Below, in pieces: positions 8,996-18,606 of a stretch of DNA of 64,000 nucleotides; the stretch's first letter is position 1, and each line of letters begins with the position of its first letter. The notes under the pieces are model-generated. The model did not search any database and was not told where the DNA came from. It worked only from the letters and a program-made list of their open reading frames with translations. The stretch is from Candidatus Magasanikiibacteriota bacterium (GTDB lineage: Bacteria > Patescibacteriota > Patescibacteriia > Magasanikbacterales > UBA922). The translations under genes and the position numbers were made by a program. The stretch is from the NCBI GenBank assembly GCA_014729395.1, contig WJJZ01000010.1, positions 23,901-87,900 on the forward strand, read 5' to 3'.

Positions 8996-11065
8996 ATGAA
9001 AAACTACAAATGTCCGAAATGCGGAATGAAATATAAAAAACCGGGAAAATGTTCTATGGATGGGGCCAAGTTGGTAAAAAATAAAAATACCGAGGATAAT
9101 AATACTTCGCATAAATCACACGACCACACTGAACATCACAAACACATGATAAAAGACTTCAAAAAACGATTTATTGTTTCCGCTATCGTCACTTTTCCGA
9201 TAATTATACTCTCACCATTAATCCAAAATTTGCTTGGTCTTTCAATAGATTTCAGAGGAGAAAAATATGTATTATGGATATTATCCACTTTCATCTTTTT
9301 TTATGGTGGGTGGCCGTTTTTAAAAGGAATTTTTGAGGAGCTAAGGAAAAAACAACCCGGAATGATGACATTGATAGCTCTTGCTATTTTTGTCGCTTTT
9401 GTTTACAGCTCGGCAGTAGTATTTGGCTTGGAAGGAAAGCTCTTTTTCTTGGAATTAGCAACACTGATTGACATCATGCTCCTTGGTCACTGGTTGGAGA
9501 TGAAATCCGTAATTGGTGCTTCCAAAGCCTTGGAAAAACTGGCCGAACTGCTACCTGATACGGCTCACCTAAAAGAAAATGGTGACATTAAAAAAATTAA
9601 AATTTCCGAGTTAAAAAAAGATGATATTGTACTGATAAAAGCCGGCGAGAAAATACCGGCCGACGGTGTAATAGTCAAAGGTGAAACTCACATTAACGAA
9701 TCAATGTTGACCGGTGAGTCCAAACCTGTAAAAAAATCAAAAAATGACGAAGTTATCGGCGGTTCAATTAATGGTGACGGCGTACTTGAAGTCAAAATAA
9801 AAAACATTGCTGATGATTCCTATCTAAACAAAGTCATAGATTTGGTAAAAAAAGCTCAGCAATCAAAATCAAAAACACAAAGATTGGCCGATACCGCCGC
9901 CAAGTGGCTTACTATTATTGCCATAGCTACCGGTGTGGTCACCTTTGTATACTGGATCATATTTGGCCCTGATTTGGCATTTGCAATAGAAAGAATGGCC
10001 ACCGTGATGGTTATCACCTGCCCTCATGCTTTGGGCTTGGCTATCCCTCTGGTGACTGCGGTCTCTACATCACTTTCCGCCAAAAACGGTTTGTTGATCA
10101 GAAACAGAACCGCTTTTGAAAATTCCAGAAAAATCACAAATATTGTTTTCGACAAAACCGGTACATTAACCAAAGCTGAATTCGGAGTAAAATCAATTAA
10201 AATATTCAATGATGATTATAATGAAAAAAAGATTATTCAACTGGCGGCCGCACTTGAAAAAAATTCAGAACATCCGATTGCAAAAGGTATTAGAGCGGAA
10301 TTGGATAAACATGAGACAGATGCGTTGGAAGTTTCAGATTTTCAAATACTAAAAGGCAAAGGGGTAAAAGGAAAAATAGATAATAAAACAATAAAACTGG
10401 TAAGTGAAAAATATCTCAGCTCAAAAAATATTAATATCCCTGAAAGCAACGAAACCGGCACTCTTGTTTATGTATTGATAGACAATGAACCTGTCGGATT
10501 AATCATCCTGGCTGACAAAATTAGAAAAGATTCCGCTGAAGCAGTGAAACAATTGCAAAAATCCGGAATTAAGTGTTGGATGCTTACCGGAGATAATGAA
10601 AAAATAGCGGAAAATGTTTCCACTGAGCTAGGTTTGGATGGTTTTTTCGCCGAGGTACTGCCGCATGAAAAACAGGAAAAAATCAAAGAACTGCAAGACA
10701 ATGGAGAATTTGTAGCTATGGCCGGAGACGGTGTAAACGATGCTCCCTCACTTGCCCAAGCCGATATTGGCATAGCGGTCGGATCAGGTACCGATGTTGC
10801 CGCGGAAACGGCTGATATTATTCTGGTTGATAGCAATCCAAAAGATATTAATTCACTGATACTCTTTGGAAAGGCAACTTACAGCAAAATGATCCAAAAC
10901 CTCTTCTGGGCAACCGGTTATAATGTAATTGCAATTCCTTTGGCAGCCGGAGTATTGTACAGTTTTGGATTTGTAATCTCACCCGCTCTTGGCGCCGCGC
11001 TGATGAGTTTAAGTACCGTAATAGTCGCTATAAATGCAAAGTTTCTTAAGGTAAAAAAAGCTTGA
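8996..11065 (+). CDS. copB: Copper-translocating P1B-type ATPase (CopB type)
   Basis: CPH in TM, DKTGT, TGES, HP, GDGVNDAP. N-terminal CPKCGM...KCSM metal-binding motif and His-rich segment. Confidence 0.92.
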   Translation: MKNYKCPKCGMKYKKPGKCSMDGAKLVKNKNTEDNNTSHKSHDHTEHHKHMIKDFKKRFIVSAIVTFPIIILSPLIQNLLGLSIDFRGEKYVLWILSTFIFFYGGWPFLKGIFEELRKKQPGMMTLIALAIFVAFVYSSAVVFGLEGKLFFLELATLIDIMLLGHWLEMKSVIGASKALEKLAELLPDTAHLKENGDIKKIKISELKKDDIVLIKAGEKIPADGVIVKGETHINESMLTGESKPVKKSKNDEVIGGSINGDGVLEVKIKNIADDSYLNKVIDLVKKAQQSKSKTQRLADTAAKWLTIIAIATGVVTFVYWIIFGPDLAFAIERMATVMVITCPHALGLAIPLVTAVSTSLSAKNGLLIRNRTAFENSRKITNIVFDKTGTLTKAEFGVKSIKIFNDDYNEKKIIQLAAALEKNSEHPIAKGIRAELDKHETDALEVSDFQILKGKGVKGKIDNKTIKLVSEKYLSSKNINIPESNETGTLVYVLIDNEPVGLIILADKIRKDSAEAVKQLQKSGIKCWMLTGDNEKIAENVSTELGLDGFFAEVLPHEKQEKIKELQDNGEFVAMAGDGVNDAPSLAQADIGIAVGSGTDVAAETADIILVDSNPKDINSLILFGKATYSKMIQNLFWATGYNVIAIPLAAGVLYSFGFVISPALGAALMSLSTVIVAINAKFLKVKKA

Positions 11066-11228
11066 TGAAATAAATTATTTTGACATCCTCACCCGATTGA
11101 CTATAATAGATGATATTAAGTTTTAATTATAGAAAATATAGCTATGGATGAAAAAAACCTACAAAAACTTTTGGGGAAAGCCAACAAATATATAAAAAAA
11201 TCCGGACAATATCATTGATCCCTATGAT

Positions 11229-11507
11229 ATGACCTTTGTCTGGGTAAGTGAAAGAATAAGTAAGAACGTGGATAGAAATTTAGTTGGTGAAACCGTAGCT
11301 TCCGTATCAGAAGATCCAAGAGGTATTCAAGATTTTGAAAAAATGAACATAGAGGCGACAACGGTTGATTACAATGTCAAAGAAAAAGAAATTTTTTTTA
11401 AAGCCGGACCCAATAAAAATAAAAAAGCTTTAATAAACTTTGTAGTGATAGAATTTGATGGTCAGCCCTATCTGGTAACCAAAATTAAAAAATACGAAAA
11501 AAAATAA
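11229..11507 (+). CDS. Hypothetical protein (possibly frameshifted; true start may be 11144)
   Basis: 92-aa ORF. Upstream ATG 11144 joins it if one A is removed from the A7 run at 11194-11200. TTGACA-N16-TATAAT at 11080-11107. Confidence 0.5.
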   Translation: MTFVWVSERISKNVDRNLVGETVASVSEDPRGIQDFEKMNIEATTVDYNVKEKEIFFKAGPNKNKKALINFVVIEFDGQPYLVTKIKKYEKK

Positions 11508-11509
11508 AT

Positions 11510-11728
11510 ATGAAAATCATCATAATATTCGCTCTTGGTATTATAATGCTGGCCGGGGCTCTTGTAATAAATATAATAGCCTCCCGCATCGGTTTTTTAA
11601 CATGGTACGATTTTTTAGATAACTATAAACAAGCGGATTTTAAAGCATATTTTTGGCTTTTTTTAATTTACCCCATGCTTTTGGGAATTATTGCCTATAT
11701 AGGGGTTAAATTATTAAATATAATATAG
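11510..11728 (+). CDS. Small membrane protein
   Basis: 72 aa, two hydrophobic helices, closely spaced to the upstream ORF. Confidence 0.6.
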   Translation: MKIIIIFALGIIMLAGALVINIIASRIGFLTWYDFLDNYKQADFKAYFWLFLIYPMLLGIIAYIGVKLLNII

Positions 11729-11788
11729 TACTTTTGAGATATTTTTGTTATAATAACTATATATATTGATATATAGTTTTTTTATATT

Positions 11789-12340
11789 ATGCCCGACCAA
11801 AGCAACCAAGAACCACAAAGTAATGTTTTTAAACCCGAACCGATTAAACCAACAGCAAACATAGAACAAAATGAGCAAGTAAGTAAAGATATTATAGAAG
11901 AACCAAAAGAACTCTCTGCAACAGACGTCCAAGAACAAAAAGAATCCGAACCTAATGTCCAAGAAGCATCGCAGCAAGCTATTCAAGAGCGAAAAGATAG
12001 TGGATTGAAACACAAAATAAAGAGAAAGAAAAAAAAGACCTATAGTGCCATCCCCCAAACAAGGGATGAATTGTCATTGCAAATAGAAAAAATTATGGAA
12101 GAAGGATTGGATGAGGCTTTTGAGTCTTTAACCCCCACCCAAAAACAAGAATTTAAGATCAAAGGGGAAGAAACAGCTATAAAAATCAGAAATTTACTTC
12201 GTTCTGCCAAAGTTAAGGTAAAAGAAGTATTTACACTGATTATTGAATGGCTAAAGATATTACCCGGAGTAAATAAATTTTTTTTAGAACAAGAAGCAAA
12301 AATTAAAGCCGACAAAATACTTTCTTTAAGAAAAAAATAA
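11789..12340 (+). CDS. Conserved hypothetical protein (CPR-type)
   Basis: Disordered N-terminus; conserved-looking C-terminus IE.IMEEGL...FK.KGEETA...WLKILPGVNKFFLEQEAKIKADKI; directly upstream of the ATPase. Confidence 0.7.
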   Translation: MPDQSNQEPQSNVFKPEPIKPTANIEQNEQVSKDIIEEPKELSATDVQEQKESEPNVQEASQQAIQERKDSGLKHKIKRKKKKTYSAIPQTRDELSLQIEKIMEEGLDEAFESLTPTQKQEFKIKGEETAIKIRNLLRSAKVKVKEVFTLIIEWLKILPGVNKFFLEQEAKIKADKILSLRKK

Positions 12341-12344
12341 GATT

Positions 12345-14924
12345 ATGATCCAATTTACCGGATCTCCGGTTTCACAATCATTTTCCAACAACGCCGGGAT
12401 ACTTAACGATCCACTTTTTTTCTATGCAATTATAGCTGTTGTCAGCATATTCATATTTCTATCATTTCTTTTCATTTTAAGAGCTTTATTACGGTTTAAA
12501 TCCAGACAAAGCAAAGCATTTAATCGAGTTGTACTGCAAATAACCGTACCAAAAGAAAAAAAATCTGAGGGTACCGGCGGCCAAGGTTCTCAAGAAGACA
12601 GACTGGAACAAATAAAAGAAGAAATAGGTCTGACTGAAACGGTTTTTGCGGCTATTGCCGGTATAAAGCCACAGGGAGGCATCAGTAGCTGGCTGCGCGG
12701 CAGAAACGACCACACCAGTTTTGAGATGGTAATGCATGAAGGTTTGATATACTTTTATGTTTCCGTTCCCGACAGAATGCATAGCTTCATTGAACAGCAA
12801 ATTCATGCTCAATACCCTTATGCTCATATTGAAAAAATGAGTGATTATAATATTTTTTCAAAAAACAGTTCTATTGTCGGAGCATATCTAAAAAGTAGCG
12901 CCCCGGCCGTTTTCCCGCTAAAAACATACAAATCCATGGAAGCCGACCCTCTATCGACCATTCTCAACGTCTTGGCGAAAGTCAGAGAAAATAACAGCTC
13001 GGCTGCCATTCAATTTACGGTCAGACCGGCGAATAAAAACTGGCGCAGCAAAGGAGTCAGCATCGTAAGAGAAGTAAAAAAAGGAAAAAAATTCGAAGAC
13101 GTAGTATCCGGCTCCAAATTTATGAAGGCCCTGAAAATAGTTGGCCAAGGAGTTGGAGAGCAAGTAAAAAGCCCGGAAACTCTTCAGAGAGAAAAAGACA
13201 AAGATCATTACCAACTTTCCGCCATGGAAGAAGAGATGCTAAAAGGCATTGAGGAAAAAATATCCAAAGGTGGAATGCAAGCTACAATCAGGCTTATAAG
13301 TGTATCAGACGATGAAAGTACCGCTCGATTGAATTTAGACAATCTAATAAATGCCTTTTCTCAATTTAATTTGTATAGATATGGAGCCAGTTTTAAAGCG
13401 ATTGTACCCAAAACCCAGTCAAAACTGATCAGAGACTTTATTTACCGATCCTTTAGTGAAAAATACAACATGATTCTAAATACGGAGGAAATGTCCAGTT
13501 TATGGCATTTACCTCTTCACTCTACCGAAGCACCAAATATAAAGTGGCTAACAGGTCGAAAGGCTCCCCCACCCCCGAATATACCGACAGAAGGACTTTT
13601 AATCGGTTTTGTAGAGTATCGAGGACAAAAAACAAATATTTATATGAAAGAAGCCGATAGACGCCGTCATATGTATTTAATCGGTAAGTCCGGTGGTGGT
13701 AAATCCGTATTTATTGCCAAAATGGCTGTCCAAGATATCCATAATGGCAAGGGCGTCTGTGTGGTAGATCCTCATGGTGATTTGGTAGAATATGTTTTGA
13801 GTCACATTCCAAAAGAGAGAGCTGACGATGTTATTATTTTTGATCCTTCCGATGTGGAGCGCCCGATCGGTCTAAACATGCTAGAGGCAAAATCTGAAGA
13901 CCAAAAAGATTTTGCGGTGCAAGAAATGATTTCCATTTTTTACAAACTCTTCCCTCCTGAAATGATCGGCCCCATGTTTGAACATAATATGCGAAATGTC
14001 ATGCTGACTTTGATGGCTGATTTGAAAAATCCGGGAACTGTAATTGATATTCCTCGCATGTTTACGGATGACGAATATGTAAAAAAATATTTGGCAAAGC
14101 TGAAAGATCCGGTTGTACGAGCGTTTTGGGAAAAAGAAATGGCAAAAACAAGTGATTTTCATAAATCAGAAATGCTTGGTTATCTTATTTCCAAAGTCGG
14201 CCGTTTTGTGGAAAATGAAATGATGAGAAATATAATGGGCCAGCAAAAATCGGGTTTTGACTTCCGAGAAGTAATGGACCAAAACAAAATATTGCTTGTG
14301 AACTTAGCCAAAGGTAAAACCGGAGAAGTTAATGCCAAACTGCTTGGCCTGATTGTTGTAGCAAAACTGCAAATGGCCGCTTTGGCAAGAGCTGATATGC
14401 CCGAAGAACAAAGAGATGATTTTTATTTATATATAGATGAGTTTCAAAACTTTGTTACTGATTCCATTTCCACTATCCTCTCTGAAGCCAGAAAATATAA
14501 ACTAAATTTAATTATCGCCCATCAATACATGGGCCAGTTGACAGATGATAAAGGACGAGCTGATATTAGAGACGCAGTCTTGGGTAATGCCGGTACGATT
14601 TGTTCAGCCAGGATAGGTCCGGACGACGCTGAAATACTGGCAAAAGAATTTGCTCCGACCTTTGGTTCCTATGATCTTTTGAATGCTCCCGAATATTCTT
14701 GGTATACAAAGATGTTAATTGATAATACAGCCTCCAAACCGTTCTTAATGCAAACTTTCCCACCGGAAGAAGGTAGTACAGAGCTCGGCTCGGCCATCAA
14801 AGAATTATCAAGATTAAAATTTGGTCGAGACCGTCGTATTGTTGAAGCGGAAATAATGGATCGTACCAAAATCGGACAGCCCGAAAGCCAAGGCAACACA
14901 GAAGCGGCAGAAGCCAGCCTGTGA
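12345..14924 (+). CDS. VirB4/TraG(VirD4)/HerA-like ATPase with N-terminal TM
   Basis: DRRRHMYLIGKSGGGKS Walker A, VDPHGDL, LYIDEFQNF Walker B, SEARKYKLNLIIAHQY. Confidence 0.85.
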   Translation: MIQFTGSPVSQSFSNNAGILNDPLFFYAIIAVVSIFIFLSFLFILRALLRFKSRQSKAFNRVVLQITVPKEKKSEGTGGQGSQEDRLEQIKEEIGLTETVFAAIAGIKPQGGISSWLRGRNDHTSFEMVMHEGLIYFYVSVPDRMHSFIEQQIHAQYPYAHIEKMSDYNIFSKNSSIVGAYLKSSAPAVFPLKTYKSMEADPLSTILNVLAKVRENNSSAAIQFTVRPANKNWRSKGVSIVREVKKGKKFEDVVSGSKFMKALKIVGQGVGEQVKSPETLQREKDKDHYQLSAMEEEMLKGIEEKISKGGMQATIRLISVSDDESTARLNLDNLINAFSQFNLYRYGASFKAIVPKTQSKLIRDFIYRSFSEKYNMILNTEEMSSLWHLPLHSTEAPNIKWLTGRKAPPPPNIPTEGLLIGFVEYRGQKTNIYMKEADRRRHMYLIGKSGGGKSVFIAKMAVQDIHNGKGVCVVDPHGDLVEYVLSHIPKERADDVIIFDPSDVERPIGLNMLEAKSEDQKDFAVQEMISIFYKLFPPEMIGPMFEHNMRNVMLTLMADLKNPGTVIDIPRMFTDDEYVKKYLAKLKDPVVRAFWEKEMAKTSDFHKSEMLGYLISKVGRFVENEMMRNIMGQQKSGFDFREVMDQNKILLVNLAKGKTGEVNAKLLGLIVVAKLQMAALARADMPEEQRDDFYLYIDEFQNFVTDSISTILSEARKYKLNLIIAHQYMGQLTDDKGRADIRDAVLGNAGTICSARIGPDDAEILAKEFAPTFGSYDLLNAPEYSWYTKMLIDNTASKPFLMQTFPPEEGSTELGSAIKELSRLKFGRDRRIVEAEIMDRTKIGQPESQGNTEAAEASL

Positions 14925-14925
14925 T

Positions 14926-15429
14926 AATTAAAAATTTAAAATTATAAATGCAAAATAATTTTATCTGTTTTGCATTTTTAATTTAATAAAAATGACAAAA
15001 ATATCCAAAAATGAAGGAGTTCATTTTACAAAAATTGACATCTGGCAAAGAAGTTTTAATTTTGCAATTAAAATTATCCAATTATGTGATACACTACCAA
15101 ATAACCAAAAAACATGGATATTAACAAGACAAATTATTCGTTCATCGACATCAATTTCAGCAAATTTAGCAGAAGGTAGTGGTGGAAGCACTAAAAAAGA
15201 ATTTATTCGCTATGCAGATATATCTAGAAAATCTGCACTTGAAACATATAATTGGCTATTATTTATTGAAAAAATTTTTAAATTAAGTGAAATTAACTCT
15301 GAAATCAAAAAAGAAAATGTTGAGATAATAAAAATTCTAAGTAAAATTGTAATAAATTCTAAAAAAAGTTAAAAATATATATTTTGTGAGTTATTTTGCA
15401 TTTTGCATTTTTAATTTATAATTTTAATT
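14926..15429. repeat. Inverted arms of 7-nt periodic repeats flanking the four-helix-bundle gene
   Basis: Left arm 14926-14958 aattaaa-aatttaa-aattata-aatgcaa-aataa. Right arm 15391-15429 ttatt-ttgcatt-ttgcatt-tttaatt-tataatt-ttaatt (approximate reverse complement). Confidence 0.7.
14992..15372 (+). CDS. Four-helix bundle protein (23S rRNA IVP / bAvd-like family)
   Basis: IWQRS..FA, QIIRSSTSISANLAEG, EFIRY..ISRKSALET.NWL. Confidence 0.88.
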   Translation: MTKISKNEGVHFTKIDIWQRSFNFAIKIIQLCDTLPNNQKTWILTRQIIRSSTSISANLAEGSGGSTKKEFIRYADISRKSALETYNWLLFIEKIFKLSEINSEIKKENVEIIKILSKIVINSKKS

Positions 15430-15525
15430 CACATCTTATTCCCATTTCTTCCCCTGTTTATCTTGTCAAAAGACAAAAAAAATTGCATACTTAATGGCAC
15501 AAACTAAAAATAAACATAAAAAAAT

Positions 15526-16275
15526 ATGAACTCGATCTCGGATATAATTTCGGACAAGTCTGACGATATAGCTGATGAAAATACAGGCAATACTGACTCA
15601 AAAACAATGGATTACTCAACAAATTTTTTACAAAACCAACCTGACGCACCGACTACTCCACCCCATCAAGACAGTATCAGCACACCGGCCACTGAACTTG
15701 ATGATCAAACTGATACAGATAGTCATGGTCAGGATAATATTAATACAAATAAAAACGAAAACCCAAATATTGATATAATAAAAAATAAATTATACCGATT
15801 AAAAGACGAGCTTGACTCTATAATCCGAACACTCGATAAAAACACGATATCCGAAAACACAAGTTCCAATAAAACCGATCCGGATGAAAAAATACTGGAA
15901 AGTGGTGAAAGGATTGTTGAAGGAGTGTTTGACGGAGAAAAAATGATTGGACCCGATGGCAAAGAGTATTCCGTACCTCCGAACTATGCCAGTAAATCCA
16001 AATTGGTTGAAGGAGATATGATGAAGCTTACCATCACCAATAATGGATCATTTATTTATAAACAGATCGGACCGGTGGAAAGAGATAGACTAGTGGGTGA
16101 AATAGTCGCTTTGGAAAATGATGAATACAGCGCTCTGTGTGAAGGAAAAACATATAAGATATTAACCGCATCAGTTACTTTTTATAAAGGAAAATCCGGT
16201 GATGAAGTTGTGTTGCTTGTACCAAAAGACGGCTCCAGTAATTGGGCCGCTGTGGAAAACATTATATCTTGCTAA
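15526..16275 (+). CDS. Conserved hypothetical protein (CPR-type)
   Basis: Low-complexity N-terminus; conserved-looking IVEGVFDGEKM.GPDGKEYSVPPNYASKSKLVEGD..KL..YKQIGPV. Confidence 0.75.
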   Translation: MNSISDIISDKSDDIADENTGNTDSKTMDYSTNFLQNQPDAPTTPPHQDSISTPATELDDQTDTDSHGQDNINTNKNENPNIDIIKNKLYRLKDELDSIIRTLDKNTISENTSSNKTDPDEKILESGERIVEGVFDGEKMIGPDGKEYSVPPNYASKSKLVEGDMMKLTITNNGSFIYKQIGPVERDRLVGEIVALENDEYSALCEGKTYKILTASVTFYKGKSGDEVVLLVPKDGSSNWAAVENIISC

Positions 16276-16277
16276 GT

Positions 16278-18062
16278 TCAAGTATAAATTATATCTGCCG
16301 CTCTTTGTTTGGAACCGCGTAATATCATCACATCTTTCTTTTCTCCATCAATTTCACGTTCGCCTATTTTAATAGGCCAACTCTTATCGTCAGCATAATA
16401 ATCCATTGGTGAAATTCCGTAATTATACGGAAATATTTTTTTTAATAAAGTCTTCCAAGTTAAAGCATCTTCCTCTTGCATTACGGTTGAAAACTTATTC
16501 AATGACTCCGAAACTTCTCTGTATACTTTATTCCCTTCTTCGGACATACTAATAACTGTTGGTAATTTTAAATCGCTGATTACCTGAAGTAATTCGGTGA
16601 CTGCTTCTCTGCCATCCTTTTGTTTGCTGATTTCCAAAATTTTCTTTACAACTTCTTTTACTAATTTTTCAATCAATAAGCTGAATGTATTGTCTTTATT
16701 TTTACTGCCTTTACAAAAATCATTAACAAATGTAAGTTTATCAAGGTCATTTTTCTCCATTGCTCTTTCCGCCAAAACATCAGCCAGTTCATTTACTTCC
16801 AAACTATTCTCATCTTTCTTATCATATTCATCACCGATTGTAATCAGGTCTTCGTTGCCGTGAGTGTTTAAGTAAATTACAGAATCACCTTCGCTATATT
16901 TTATAAAATTCAATATGCCATTTACATATTTATCCGCCTTGCCACCGGAAGCGGCATCTAAAAGACTTATTTTTTCCACTCCGGCCGCCTTTATACTTTC
17001 TTCGATCTGTAAAATATCAAACTCGGGTATATAATTTCCATATTCGTCTACATCCAATTTTTTTGAACCATAACCGAATAAAAGAAAATTGTTTGTTTCA
17101 GGACCAAAAATCTCTTTTTCATTTTCTAATAAATTATTATAATCTTGCAATTCCTCCATCAATAATGACGGTAAATGTTCTTCGTCTTCATCTAAAAAGC
17201 GTCTTTTGACTATTGCCTTTTTCAACAATAAATAGGATTCAGCCAGTTTTAAATTATTTTCACTTGATTGCAAAATTTTTCTAATCTCTGGGTTGTCCAA
17301 ACTATTTCTAAATTCCGCCATTTTTTCTTTGTCAGACCAACCCGGATACTCGGTAATATTAGCTTTGATCTCTTGTTTTGAATACCTTGCACTCAAATTT
17401 CTTGGTCTATAATTTAAATTCCTTCTCGGGTCAATTTCCCAGGATTCGATCTCGTCTGATTTCGGTAAAAAATCAGTACTATAAACACTGCCATGTTCAT
17501 ACGGCAAAACGTCTCTATCTATTACGCTCCTTTTCTTGTCATACATTTGTTTTTTTGAGAAAAATTCATATACAAAATGGTGACAACCTAAATCAGCCAA
17601 GTGTCTGTAGATTTCATTCAGCCTGTCAAATGTACTGGCATCCAGCCCCTCTTCATAATCCAATTCATATGCTTTTTCCAAAAATCCGGAAATATTGCCG
17701 CCAAGTTTGTCTGACATGATTTTTTTTATCTCCAATTCATTTTCAACCGTTCTTTCAAGCTTTGAGCCGTAATTTCTATTTGTCTCATGCACCAATCCTT
17801 CTAAAAGTTCCTTATATTCTTTAAATTCAGCTTCGGTCATTTCTTTTTCTGATATAAATTCAACCAACCTCTCCAAATACGGCCCTAACGTGCCGGCTCC
17901 AATTGCTGCACCGGCCGCTCCATAACCCATTAATTTCAAAAATTTGCGTCGACTCATGTCCGCTTCGGGTGTTTTTTCAATTTTTTTCTCTTCAACATTT
18001 TCTACATCCTCTGATATCTTTTCCCAGTTCTTTTTTCCAAATATTTTTTCAAAAAAGGCCAT
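16278..18062 (-). CDS. Protein with internal twin-arginine motif and putative clan CD (caspase-like) cysteine peptidase domain
   Basis: SRRKFLK plus hydrophobic helix at about aa37-62; later VIYLNTHG and FVNDFCKG resemble a His-Gly / Asp-x-Cys dyad. Confidence 0.5.
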   Translation of the reverse strand: MAFFEKIFGKKNWEKISEDVENVEEKKIEKTPEADMSRRKFLKLMGYGAAGAAIGAGTLGPYLERLVEFISEKEMTEAEFKEYKELLEGLVHETNRNYGSKLERTVENELEIKKIMSDKLGGNISGFLEKAYELDYEEGLDASTFDRLNEIYRHLADLGCHHFVYEFFSKKQMYDKKRSVIDRDVLPYEHGSVYSTDFLPKSDEIESWEIDPRRNLNYRPRNLSARYSKQEIKANITEYPGWSDKEKMAEFRNSLDNPEIRKILQSSENNLKLAESYLLLKKAIVKRRFLDEDEEHLPSLLMEELQDYNNLLENEKEIFGPETNNFLLFGYGSKKLDVDEYGNYIPEFDILQIEESIKAAGVEKISLLDAASGGKADKYVNGILNFIKYSEGDSVIYLNTHGNEDLITIGDEYDKKDENSLEVNELADVLAERAMEKNDLDKLTFVNDFCKGSKNKDNTFSLLIEKLVKEVVKKILEISKQKDGREAVTELLQVISDLKLPTVISMSEEGNKVYREVSESLNKFSTVMQEEDALTWKTLLKKIFPYNYGISPMDYYADDKSWPIKIGEREIDGEKKDVMILRGSKQRAADIIYT

Positions 18063-18171
18063 AATTTTGTTTTATATTAATGTTATTTTACCCTATTTTA
18101 ACCTATTTTTCAATAAAAAAAGACCACACAAAATAAAATGGTGGTCTAAAGCATCGAAAGAGCGGAAACAA

Positions 18172-18525
18172 TTATCCGACTTTCTCCCGTGCCGCCATTG
18201 ATGCGGCATTGTGATACAGGCCGTGAGCTTCTTCTGAGTCAAGGCAAACTTTCAGAGGGACTACGTCGCTTCTTTCTCTTTCAAGCATCATGACCAAGCG
18301 AGAAATATTACTCTTCATCCCCAGCATAAGTTTTCCCGAATCATCCAATAAATTCCTATAGTTCTCAATTTCTTGATCACACTCATCAAGGTCTTCAGGA
18401 TGAAGGATTTTGGGTTTCTTGTGTAAACCGGATGAAATGTATATACCTTGCAAAATTTTCGTTATCTCACACAAATGTCGCTTGACCCTGCGAAGTTCCA
18501 GTACGAGTTCTTTTTTCTCGTTCAC
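18172..18525 (-). CDS. Hypothetical protein
   Basis: GTG start at 18525 preceded by AGGAGG (18532-18537); hairpin plus T-run terminator at about 18115-18147. Confidence 0.6.
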   Translation of the reverse strand: MNEKKELVLELRRVKRHLCEITKILQGIYISSGLHKKPKILHPEDLDECDQEIENYRNLLDDSGKLMLGMKSNISRLVMMLERERSDVVPLKVCLDSEEAHGLYHNAASMAAREKVG

Positions 18526-18606
18526 GGTGCACCTCCTATGCACAAAGGTTTGTAAAAAACTGTTGTTTATTATATAATCATGGTTTATCATAAAAAAGTC
18601 AATCTG

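Noticed and set aside
12345-14924. Conjugative element or prophage
   Set aside because: No relaxase, integrase, mating-pair or phage structural genes; flanked by chromosomal-type genes
14992-15372. Diversity-generating retroelement suggested by the Avd-like protein
   Set aside because: No reverse transcriptase and no TR/VR pair differing at adenines is visible in the window
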